This document shows positions 44,695 through 56,726 of a stretch of 64,000 nucleotides of DNA, piece by piece. The notes below the pieces were generated by a model, which did no database searches, was not told where the DNA came from, and saw only the letters and a list, made by a program, of their open reading frames with translations. The DNA comes from Trichosphaerium sp. ATCC 40318 (taxonomy: Eukaryota > Protista > Tubulinea): NCBI GenBank assembly GCA_038496445.1, contig JALMLS010000052.1, positions 79,706 to 143,705 of the forward strand. The letters are read 5' to 3'. Position 1 is the stretch's first letter. Every line of letters starts with the position of its first letter. Made by a program: the position numbers and the translations under genes.

Positions 44695-46583
44695 CTAATC
44701 GTGTACACAAGATGCCATTGTACAAGGATCGCACTGAGAAGTGTGCGTGTCAATATCAACTTTGCCAGTTCCCTAATTAGGTTAGAAAAAGCTGGGATTT
44801 ACAAAAAAACAAAGAGTACCACTGGGAATTGTGTTGTATCTGTAATATACTTCAATGCACTGCAATCATCGTTGAGTTTTCCTTGAGCAAATGCTGTAAC
44901 TGCGCCAGCCATGAATGCTCTGTATGCGCTATAATCAGCATCTTTGTTAGGGTTTGACGAACATATCAGCTCTAAACACAAAACATAAGAAATAACCAAA
45001 CAAAGGCAATGGTAAGTTTTCTTTCAACGGAAAAATAAATGTCAAATCAAAATGACATTAAAACAAGTTGGTTTTGAAATTTTGATTCTTCTTTAGGCTT
45101 ACTGTCTGGTCCAAGCCAAAATGGATCCAAAAAGTCGCCGTGTCCCCTATATTACTTGTTAACAAAGGCTTCATTGACGAGCAAAAAGAAATACTGAAAA
45201 AAAAAAGGGAAACAAAACGACATACCATTCAGTTGCGTTCAGAGACCAGATAGGGCAATGCATTGCATTAAAAAACCGTGGGAAGTTCTTTGTTTTTGGC
45301 GCGCATGCAGGGAACATGCCATTTAAAGGTACAGGACCATATCCTTTAGAAAAGGTGTTAGTTTTACATAAAGCTATTTTGCTGCCTTGTCACTTTGTTA
45401 CGCATTAAAAAAAACGACATGAGGTTCCCTAAAAGCGTACCACTTCCCAAAACCAACGTAGGTATTGTAAAATTAACCATCTGTGGTGGATGAATGACAT
45501 AGTAAGGTAAAATACCCCAAGGATCTTCACCGTCAACTGGATCAAGTAATATCGCTGCTTTTATGCCCTGACATCCGTCTTGTAATAGTCTTATAGCCTA
45601 CAAAAAAGGTTAAAAATAATTTTCCAAAAATCACGTGACTGGACGCGAGATTTGGGAACTAAAATAAAAAAAGCAAAGTACCATTTTTCCTCCAGCTGAG
45701 TGACCTCCGATTGCCAGACGCGTAAAATCTGCAACTACAGCGTTTCCTGTGTTTTGTTGAGTGTATGCATCAATATTATCTCTACACCACTCCATTACTT
45801 TCTCGGTATTGAAAGCAACCTTGTCAAAAGGTAACGAAGGGAAAGTATAAATACCAACCTACAAGAAAATAAATAAATAAAAACGGTAAATTATTTCCTC
45901 CGCGTTACGTTCACGTGTAAAATAACGATAAATGGTCTGAAAGTGTATTGTTAGGTCTTGTATGCACTCGCAGACTCAACCCAAGCCTTTGTTCACACAG
46001 TCGAACAATTTTTTCGAAACGACAAAAAATACGGGTACTTTTTGTCATCGAAATGGCGTATCCACTACGTACCACTATGAATCCATGAGATGTGACTTGG
46101 TTCATAAATTCGGTATAAGCGCTTACAGGGACATTTCCCGCCTAGTTTGAGCGTCAGAGCTATTTAATTAAAGCTTTTCTAAACTAGAAGAAATGTCGTC
46201 ACGTACAAAAGCTGTAACTAAAATAATGATTGGATATTTTCCCGGTTCAGTTGGCACTGTGACTTCAATATCGTACACCAATCCCTTTAAAAGAGTGTTA
46301 GGTACGAAGTTACAGGTACGAAATTACAAAACAAGGCCAACAAAGCGTCGTAAGAACACTATTTACGGACTTGTATAAAAACGAAACAGCACTAACCTTT
46401 TCTCCTTTGTTAACATCGTACGTTGTTACTCCAAGTGGCCCTTGTTCGTAAGGATTCGAAGCAGATGAAACAACACTGACTAACAGTCCTGAAGGAGGTT
46501 GTTATTACGAAGTAAGATACTAAGTTTAGAAAGATACCTGTAGTGAGCAATATGAAAGTAAACAGAAGCTGTGTTGTTAACAT
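44695..46583 (-). CDS. Secreted chlorophyllase-like alpha/beta hydrolase
   Basis: Signal MLTTQLLFTFILLT; QVTSHGFIVV; LAIGGHSAGGK nucleophile elbow; AILLDPVDG; CAPK; GHGDFLD (catalytic His). Confidence 0.82.
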
Positions 46584-47938
46584 TGTGTGGTGTGAATGAA
46601 AAGTCAAAAACACGTCGCTTGGATGTGATTAGTACGTTCACATTTTTGATTTTATATTAATACGAGCCTTCAGGCTGGTCATAAAACAGCACAGCGATGA
46701 TGTAAAAATTTGGAAAAAAAAATGTTGAAAACTTTTCAAACGTAGATTTTCGTCCTACAAGCTGAATCGAACTGATATCATGGTACATGAGCATACGCTG
46801 TGGTTTTATAAGGTTTCTGATGAAATCCATAAAAGCGCTAGATGCGCGCGGAGCTAATTTTCCGCTAGCAAGCAGGCAACTAGGCAGTAAATAGAACAAC
46901 AAAACACCTGTTAATCCAAAAAAAAAAAAGCAGTACGAAACTTCAACGGCTTTTGCGGGAGATATACACCACAACATAGACGTAAATATCCTTCTTGATG
47001 ATAGTGGTACCTCCTTTTTTACAAAAAACAGCCGTACAGGATAGATTTTTCGGTGCGAGTTCACTTTTTTCTAAAAACACGAAAACAAACTTATGTTTCT
47101 TTTAAAAAATTGTAAGCGTTAAAATCAGGGTATTATTACTCCTGGCAAGAAGTAGTATACTTTTGTTCACAACGATCCGTTTTAAAAACATGAGGTAAAA
47201 TCAAAAACCGGAAACATAAAAATACGACCCTACATCACATGACAATCACGTGTAGCCTTAATTATTTTATAAATCACACTTTTATGGACATCTTGTACAA
47301 ATCTTCTCCGTAAGCCAAGACATACAAGCTGAAGATAAGTATTGTTGACTTTACAGTCAGATTGGCGTCTAGTTCTATATTGTCAAGTACCTACAACATA
47401 GAACGCTTCCATTTGAACCCTATTGACATTACCTAGCACTCTGAAAGTAGTGTGGATCACACCATACAACGATGTAAATCTCTGTTATACTGCAAGGTAG
47501 CTGGTACACCTTTGCCCGTAATCAATTCAAAAGAACTGAGCAAATATTATGATTATCTAAACGTACGATATTCCCCAAGTACACATTGTATTAATAATAC
47601 CTGGACTTATTGTATTAACTCGAAACAAGATAGATTTTGTTTCATGGCAATGGTCAAATCACTTGGCACTCAAGATGCCATATGCACTGTGATGGCCAAT
47701 ATCCCTTTGAGTGAATACCTGTGAGTACACACTAATCATTGCTAGACAACCTGCTCTAGTAGCAAGGTTTGGCGTTAATTACTTTCTTTTTAGGATTAGT
47801 TAAACGTAATCCGCAATTTCTTGACTTTTTGACAAAATATCACCCAAGCTTCCACCAGAATTTCCCAGAGTTAAACCAGTGTTGTTAAGTGACAAGGAAT
47901 AAGTTTTCACTAAAGCTACGGCGCTAAATTGATTAAAA

Positions 47939-48435
47939 ATGGAGCAGCGAGCAGCAAACTTAATTAGACTTTGTGTAGAATCTATTCATTGTCGTCTACT
48001 AGCTCTTCCAGTTGAGATTCAACTCGATATCATCGATTTAGACCTATCAGCATATTTAATTTGGCCACTTCTTTCGAAACAGGCGGCAATGACCATAAGG
48101 TACGATGACAAGATGAACAAGCATGGAAAATGGCAAAGAAGAATGAGAAAAAACAAACTTGTGAGTAAGGCTCTGTATTTTTAGACCAACACTGATTTAT
48201 TACTGTTCAGACTGAGGAACACTTTTGGTCACATGGTGTGGAACACGGAGAATGGAAGCGTTGGTATGACAATGGCCAATTGTTGGGGCAGTGCAATTAT
48301 GTGAATGGTAAACAAGAAGGAGAGTACAACCGTTGGTATAACAATGGACAATTGTATGAGCAGCGCTATTATATAAATGGTGTCCTTGAACCGAAGTTCA
48401 AGAGATGGAGAGCTGATGGTACATCAATAAAGTGA
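47939..48435 (+). CDS. F-box-like + MORN-variant repeat protein, short paralog, two exons (intron 48161-48210)
   Basis: Same LLALPVEIQLDIIDLDLSAYLIWPLLSKQAAM segment as the 38565-39465 gene; exon 2 HGEWKRWYDNGQLLGQCNYVNGKQEGEYNRW. Confidence 0.8.
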
Positions 48436-48838
48436 GCAGACATTGCACCAATGATAAATGGTAGTGGGTGTAATGCATGTACTTATGTATGTTAGCATTA
48501 CAATAAATTTGTTTTATCCATATGCTTAACAGGTGTCAAAGCAGTATCTTACAGGCAAAAGGTTCCGTATATTCTAACTTAGCATATTATTTCTGATCCC
48601 GAAAGCTAATACTTTCTCACCAAGTACTTTAGCAAGACAAACTACTTATTTATAATACGTTGAATTGGCACTTTCTGCCCAGAACTATTCTTGAACTTGA
48701 CTTGTCAATAATTTCTGTGCAGGTAATTTATGGCTAGATAAGTAAGTAATTTATACAAAATTTATTTTTTGACCTTTTTTTACAAAATTACAAGTGGGTG
48801 GTTTTTTTTGAATTAATTATTTTTTATCTTTTTCGTTG

Positions 48839-51800
48839 CTAAGATTGTGTACTCCCAGGACCAACTCGTCGTCTCACAATCTTATTAACCCATTGTCCAC
48901 CACCAGGATTATTCTCACTTGTGAGACTCCTTGTCTTTGAAAGCATTTGAAGCATAGACTGAGTGTGATCCTTATTTTTCTTAAGGAAAGCATTCAAGTT
49001 CTCAGCATCATGAGGATGAGCAATAACAAAATCACAGCTAGGGTATCCTACAAATAAAATCAAAAAGACATAACCCATTTAAAAAGAACTATTTCTTCAA
49101 AAAGCACGTGGGGGTCTGTGACAAACGCGAAAACTAAAAGTTTTTTGTTGCAACCGAAAAAAAACAGACGAGGAAGAAAAATCTTATCTGACGCCTTGTA
49201 CTGTACCTTGTGCTTTACATCTTACTTCCACAGCAAGAATAGGGCTTTCAAAGTATTTTTCAAACCATCCGCTTAGATACCCTGCACACATAAGACAAAC
49301 AGGTGTCTTTGATTTTTTATCAGTTGTTTTGCAGTAAACGTCTGCTTCAAAGCTTGAAGAGATATTAATGTTCATCTCAATAGACATCTTTGCTATAGTT
49401 GGATCATCTGTTAAAGGATATATAGCACCGTTACACCATCCATGGAAACTCATATTAGCAAGTACACCACCCTTCGAAAAAGTAAACAAACGTTATGTAA
49501 TTAATATTGGCGTACTTTGATGCTTGCAGAGCGGAGTGAATTTGGGATGATACTCGCTCGGAAAGTAGAAAAATCAGCCTTTCCTATTACACAAGCAATG
49601 TCGTAGATAACATTAACAGCAAACTCTTTATCAAGGTCCTAAAGGAAGAAAAAAAATGAACAACAAAAACAAGGGCAAAAAAAAACGGTAAATACCTTGG
49701 ATACATCTTCTCCAAACAATCGTTTAATAAACGTTTCACACTCTGTAAATAACGAGCTAGCTCGTACTAACATATACTCTTGTTTATCAACCTTAATTAG
49801 ACTCCTAAAAACCCCAAAAAGTCAACACGAAGCCCATCAAGAACCAAAGAAAGGGAAAAAAATAGCAGGAAATTTGAGTTTCAAACGCACTTATTAGGTT
49901 CTAAAGATAGTTTATCAAAGTAACGTAATATAGAGGACTCCAAACGGGTATCGTTTTCTTTCCTAAAAAAAAACTTAACATCAGAAGATCACGAGAAACT
50001 TTAAACACGTGTTCCAAAAAAAAAAAAATAACAAAGAGCAAGTACCCTTGACTATGTGGTGGCTTAGGCGTAGATGGTTTAGCCATACTACCTTTTGGCA
50101 TTACACCCTTTGGTGTTGTAGGTGTACCTACTTGTACACGCCTACGCTTCTTCTTTGAACCATCTTCCTTAGAGTCACTCAACTAACAAACATAAACAAC
50201 CTCCCTTCGACAGAGTTGAAAAAAAAAAAAGTGTACTTCTGTGCTATCTGTATTAGAAGAGTTAACGCTCTTAACCCTACTAGCCGATTTCCCTCTAGGT
50301 CTTTGGAAACGATTAATCTTAGGTTTCTTTGGCGTTGACCTCCTTGTTCGGCGTTCTCTAGAGATATGTCTATGTAACTTCTCTAGCCCTGCCCTAAGCC
50401 AAGACTCTGCATCAGGACCCATACGATTCACTAAAGAGAAAATGTCAACAAACTAAATACAACAGTATCAGAGAAGCAGTAGATATAACGTACAAAGGAA
50501 CTTTGGGATTCTAACAGATTCCAGCACTGTTTCTGTAAGTTTATGAGGATTCTTTGATTTATAATCAGTAACACAAGATTGCAGTCTGTCATTTCTAGTC
50601 ATGACAAACCTACAAACAGGGTCTCCTCTTGCTCTACATAGTATCTCACATCCAACGAGATGTGTTTTCATAACTTTACGGCACCATCCTGTAAAATAAC
50701 CGCTACACATAACACATACTGGGTGTCTTGTATAGTCATCAACATCCTTTACTTCATTTTCTGTTTCTAATATTATGTTTAGCAAGTTTGTCATCAAGAG
50801 ATGTTGTTGCTGTTACCTTCACGAAGCCAAGATGAACATTCAAAAGACCTACTCTGGTCCCATATAAGTTTGAAATTATCAGCATCATCAAGAACACTCT
50901 CAGGATGTATACGACAAGAAGCCCAGCCCTGTGAACATATGTTAGTTTGAAACTACTTTGTAATAAACGCATACCTTAGCAGCAAGTATAGCTGGTAATG
51001 ACAGAAGTAATTCTTCTTGAGTTTCAAGATGAAGAGCTTTTTTATAAAACTCAACATCCTTAGCAGCGAGTGTAGCACCAAAATCATATAGAAAGTTACT
51101 GGCAAATGTGACTTGATCACGATAAGACTTAAACGCAAAAACGTCACATATGTGATCAAACACATAAGCAAAAGACTCTGCTTGTAGCAACAAGAAACGT
51201 TCTTGATTTGCGTTCTAATAATAAACCGTAAGAATCACGTGTCTTGGTTCACAAAGTGAAACTTTTAAGAATTATGTTGTTGAAGATCACTACATACCTT
51301 TCCAACTAAAATGACGCCCATACTTGGACTTTGAGACACATAAGAAAAAAATGATGTCACTGACTTTTCAGCACCAGACATAGCTTCTTTAAACCGTTTA
51401 GGAACCTCTACTAGGTTTGTGAGTCCCTTAACAGGTACCACTTTGGTAGAAAGTTGCTGTAAATGTCTAATAGGCGCTAAATTTTGGTCTGACACCTCAT
51501 TGCTCGCTGACGTTTGCTAATACCAAAGTTAGTCAAAACAAAACTATAACAAAGCAAGAATAATACGTACTGTTGAGTCAGTATCAGATGTTGTTGTCAT
51601 ATCTCCACCATAAGTTGGTTCATTTGAATCTGAATCAGATATCGTAGAAGGATTACTCCTAAACAAGAAGTTAAGAAAAAACAAAGAAAAAAAAATTGAA
51701 AGCAACAAAGTGAGTGACAAGTACCTGTATAGTTTAGTTTCACCAGCTCCTACTGGTAACGTCTAAATGAACAGTTAGTATAACTTCATTCTTCTATGAA

Positions 51801-53975
51801 TACTTAGAGATCGAAGAACAAAATACCTCTCTCATGCGACGCATGCGCTGTAAAATCTTCTTAAACGTTGGCCGCTTCTTAGGTGATGGACTCCAAGTGT
51901 TTTTAATTAACTTACGCCATTCAGGTGGGCAATCTGATGTTGGTTAGACAACGCGAACAAGAGTTAACCCGTACCTTTAGGTATAATAGGACGTTCACCA
52001 CGTGTAACAAGTAGAGGTATACTGAACGCTTCAATATCTTCATAAGGCATTTTACGCGTCCACAGTTCCCACAAGATAATTGCTAAGGTTACATTTTTAG
52101 CACAGGCGCTACAATTCAGAGAACAAACACAAAAAAGGAAACATAATCGTACCAAAACTATAAACATCCGCTTTTTCAGTGTAAAACTTCTTTTGGAATA
52201 GCTCAGGTGCGATCCAAGACACGGTGCTATAAAGTGTGTGAGAACAAACGAGAATATTGTATTTCTTTTTTGTTTGAAATGATGAAATTAAATGAGAACA
52301 TAAAGCCACTTACCCAATAGCTGAAGTCATTGTTGTAGAGTTATCAATTATTCTAGATAATCCAAAATCGCATATTTTTATTTCAAGCTTTTTCGATACC
52401 AGAAGATTCAATGTCTTCAAATCGCGATGAATGACATCACAATTATGCAAGAATACCATACACTACAATAGATAAATAAAATAAATATGACAGATTTTTT
52501 TCAAACGTACCTTAGCTGTAGCAATAGCAATATCAAGCTTTAGTGAAGTATCCATATCAAAGTCTTTATCATGTAATAAATCATAAACAGATCCTTCCAT
52601 AAGCTCTGTAACAATAAAACAATCACCCTTTGTTGTACATCCACCAAGACAAGTTACAACCATCGGATGACGAATCAAACTAATCATAAAATAAATAAAA
52701 ACAAAAAATAATTCAGTAATCATTTTTCAAAACAATCAATTACCTTAACAGCGATAATTCCTTTCTAAACTCCTTAGGATCAACCTGCTTCTGGAAAACT
52801 TTTACTGCAACCCGTTGACCATTATATATCCCTTTAAATACAGAACCAGCATTACCATCGCCGATTTTTTCAGCAAATATTACTTCATCCCTTGATATTT
52901 CTTGATGAACACTTAATTTACCGTCAACTGCTAAATCCAGTAACCTCCGTAAACATCCGTTAACCTTTGATGTTAGCCTCTCGCATATATGGGCTCTTGA
53001 TATGGAGAATTCTGTACTATAAAGAAAGTTGGCAATTTTTCGTTAAAATCAGTAATAAAAAAACGTACTCTTCACGCCTTAATAAGGCAGTCAATACCTT
53101 AGCTGCAGCTAGACTATGAGAGCGTGAAAGCTCATCCTCGTCCGTGACCCAGGTCACTAGAATATCAAGCTCGTCCTCGCTATATTTTAGGATTAGGAAG
53201 GTGTTATCGCAAAGCCATCATTACCTGCACAGTCCACGGCTCAACAAATCCCGGCTCCACAAGAGGCCTTCTAGCTCACGCTCCTTTTCTTCCAGAGATG
53301 GCGCTTTTTGCGTTGTGATTTCTGCGTGGTGGCTCCAACCCGAACTGATGTCGAAGTGGTCGCTCCTTGGTTGGAAAAACGCTTTTGCAGCCAAGGACAT
53401 TTGCCTAGTTGACTCCCTGATTTTATCTCCACCTTTTATTTGCACGTCAATGATAGGACAGGCCACAACGCTGATCTTTCGCTTTTTGTCCTTTGTCTGC
53501 ACGTTGTGCCGTTTAATTTCCAACAATGAACTCCACAGGCCCGAGTAAGCAGCGTCGGGACTGATATCTTGCTGTACGCGACCCAAACACACCCAACAGA
53601 CGAATTTGCTCAAACTGCCCTTTTTCTTTTCTCCTGTCGGTATAATAAAGGCTGTACCTTTCGGCTGTTCACCCAAATAATTTGTAGCGATGTAGGCCTG
53701 TATGTTCTTGAGAAACTTGTGACCAAACAACCTGTACAACGAGATCAGCTGTGTTTGAACCTTTTGTGCGCGTTGTACCCAGATATGACGCCGGCAACAT
53801 CAGTTGGTATCCCAAAAGCGTTATTACAAGGACATATAATGCAGTCTACGTTTGGTGCCTCTTGGAAGGTTTTGAAAATATTGACGTTATTCATAAGGTA
53901 AAAGTACTCATAGAAAACACTCCTGCCGCCGTAACTCTCGCTGACGAGAGCTAGGGACAACTTATCTTTTTCCAT
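48839..53975 (-). CDS. Tyrosine-kinase-like (TKL) kinase with N-terminal macro-like domain and two C-terminal V4R domains
   Basis: Kinase [58 protein letters not shown]; macro-like [28 protein letters not shown]; V4[27 protein letters not shown] and [21 protein letters not shown]|YPSCDF. Confidence 0.85.
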
Positions 53976-54129
53976 TATTAGGTGTTAGCTAATTACTGCT
54001 CAAGCGTAGCCATGACGGATTTGTGCGAATACTGACTGTGTTACCCTCTTTGTGCCAAAGCCAGATTTATATAACGCAGTAGGTCAAGTCAAATGAATTA
54101 AATTTTTTTATTCAATTGCGATCTCAACA
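53976..54129. promoter_or_regulatory. Short divergent (bidirectional) promoter between the TKL kinase and uL13m genes
   Basis: Head-to-head start codons separated by 154 bp, with a TATA-like tttatataa near 54066. Confidence 0.5.
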
Positions 54130-55487
54130 ATGGCAAGGGTGCTTTGGAGTTCATCTTCCTTGACCCCCGCGCATAGAGTGCGTACTAATGCCGCTACTGG
54201 ACCTTCAGGCGCTTTTTACTCAAAAAAACTTTAGTTACCAGCGTGTACAGCAAAGAGATGGTGGATTGTAGATGCTAAAGGTATGCGTAAAACAATTATT
54301 GTATCAGCGTTTCTGAGTTACAATAGGTCACCGCGTAGGTCGCTTAGCGAACCAAATAAAGGATCTATTGACCGGGAAGGCACGAAGGACGCCTGAAAAC
54401 GCTATTATTCACTTGTTTTGTTTAGTGGAAGCCTACTTTCGTAAAAGGCGTCGATTGTGGCGACCATGTAATTGTAGTGAACGCTAAACACGTTCAATTG
54501 TCTGGTAAAAAGTGGGAGAAAAAAATATACACCTGGCACACAGGACACCCTGGCGGTTTGCGACGAATGAAGGTTTAGAGCCACCATGTAGTATTATGAA
54601 ACGCTTACAAAAGCTTCAGGTATTAGACATGCTACAACGTAAACCAGAGGAAATCATAAAACGAGCTGCTCTCGGTATGATTCATAAAGGACGACAAAGG
54701 TATGCAACATATGACACCTACCCCGTTCTTTTTTTGTTGCAACTCACTTTGCACTCTAGAGAAGCAGTAGAAGAGAGATTCCATATTTACCCTGACATTG
54801 AGCACCCTCATACATCTCAAAAACCAACTCTATTTTTCCCTAATAAAACAATCAACGATACTGCATGGCCTGTACGTGATTTTCGTTTAGTGCTCATTTA
54901 GTACACCCACACGTTACGGTTATACTGTTTGCTTACGCATACTAGATTTTGGAACACGAAGAGGAGTTCCAAATTGATTTATGGAATGAAGAAGGAGGCA
55001 AAGTTGGCTACGATTTTAAAGTAAACAAAATGTTCACTAAAGAAGACCGCATTGCAAGGTACTTGTTTCAGTTATGTCTACGTAGTGCTTACCATAGAAC
55101 AATAGGTACTACGCCAAACAAGCTGGAGATATGGGCATTGCAAAGAGGCGCGCACGCACGATGCCACAACACTTGAAGGACGAAGGTTACACCACACTTT
55201 ACAAAATGGAGGATGAACAACAACAATCACTCATTCAGACTATGAGACGCGAGCAATATTCAAAATACAAGGATCTATTGACGAAATCACGCAAAGAGGG
55301 CGAGAAAGTCATCGCAGATTATGAGCATCCACCGGATGAGTGGATTAAGCAACCTAAGGAAAAATTCTTCCCTCCAGGCACACAAAACGACTCGTGGAAC
55401 TACGATAATGTATACGGCAAGATTGATCGTGAGCAATGGGAGAATCTTCGCTTTCCTTTGCGTCCAGATCGCAAATACAGTGAATAA
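54130..55487 (+). CDS. MRPL13: Mitochondrial ribosomal protein uL13m with long C-terminal extension
   Basis: [19 protein letters not shown]|[54 protein letters not shown]. Confidence 0.85.
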
Positions 55488-55644
55488 AATGGTTATTAAA
55501 TTAGTAGTTGTTTCTTTGACGTCAGTTTCACGTTTTGCTCTATCACTACTGTCATAAATTCTGTCCAGCGAATAAATTTGGTCAAATTCTTTCTTGCGAT
55601 ATTTTTTGGTAACCTAGGTTTAAACAGCATCCAGATCACTTATA

Positions 55645-56363
55645 ATGGGTAAGTTTTTCATATTTATGTGTGGTAGCGGCGAAATAGCGTCCTGAAGGGC
55701 CTTGCGTTCTACAGTTCTTTTGATTTTCTCCCACCATTCTATTTGCCTCTAAATGGATCGTTTCTACTCACAATCGATAATTGGGGTTGAAATACATTAA
55801 TTCAAGACCTTTAAACACTTTTTTGATGATCAGGCTCTTATCGCTAATAGGCAAGCAACAACTCTCCGAATTACGCACAAAAACCCCAGAGGAATTAAAA
55901 GAAAAACTCGATGAGTACAAACAAGAACTCTGTCGCTTGAGAGTTGCACAAGTAACTGGTACTGGTGGTCAAGCTAAACTAGCTAAGATGTACGTGCGAA
56001 TGCCACAGATAAACGCTATTGGCCCTTGTTTTTTCTTCAATTACCTCTCCCGCGCTCACATTTTCTAGCCGAACTGTCCGTAAGAGCATTGCTCAAGTTT
56101 TCACCATCATCAGCGAAAACCAACGCGAAAACTTGAAAAAATATTACAAAAACTCCAGATATGTCCCATATGATCTCCAACCTACTCTCAGCAGAAAACT
56201 TCGCCGCAAGTACGTATTTTTTTGACACAGCCTGTTTTTTTTGAATAATTCGCTAACATGCTGTCACCTTAGATTGACAAACGAACAAGTTAACCTCAGA
56301 ACCAAGAGAGAACAGAAGCGTATCAACAACTTTCCATTGAGGAAATACGCTGTAACTAGCTAA
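55645..56363 (+). CDS. RPL35: 60S ribosomal protein L35 (uL29)
   Basis: MGK..ELRTKTPEELKEKLDEYKQELCRLRVAQVTG..KLAKIRTVRKSIAQV..YVPYDL..FPLRKYAV; 4 exons. Confidence 0.93.
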
Positions 56364-56726
56364 ATAAATTTCAAATCGGACTTGTATTTTGCTAAACCGG
56401 TGCTATATTCTTGTTTACGACACTAAAAGACAGCGAAAATAATCTGGCTTTTAAAAAATGTTGACAGCAAAATGTCGGTTGAGTAAAAAAGTACCTACCT
56501 GCCGAGGTCGTTGTAAAAGATGCAAGTATCACTGCGAAAACTTTTCGTACAGAATGTGCATAGAGCGTAAAGTGGGTGTCGTTCTCAAAAATGTGGCGGT
56601 ATTTGTAAAACTTATATTATTAAACTTACAGAAATCATCACGTTTTCTTAAGTTTGGTAGCGAAAAGCAGTAAAAGCCATCGAAGGTTGCTTTTTTTAAC
56701 CTTCCAGGACAGTAAACGCCCATTGA

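Noticed and set aside
47452-47724. Possible non-LTR reverse transcriptase remnant (YDYLNV resembling YKYLGV)
   Set aside because: No YxDD motif or other RT blocks; the similarity is too weak.
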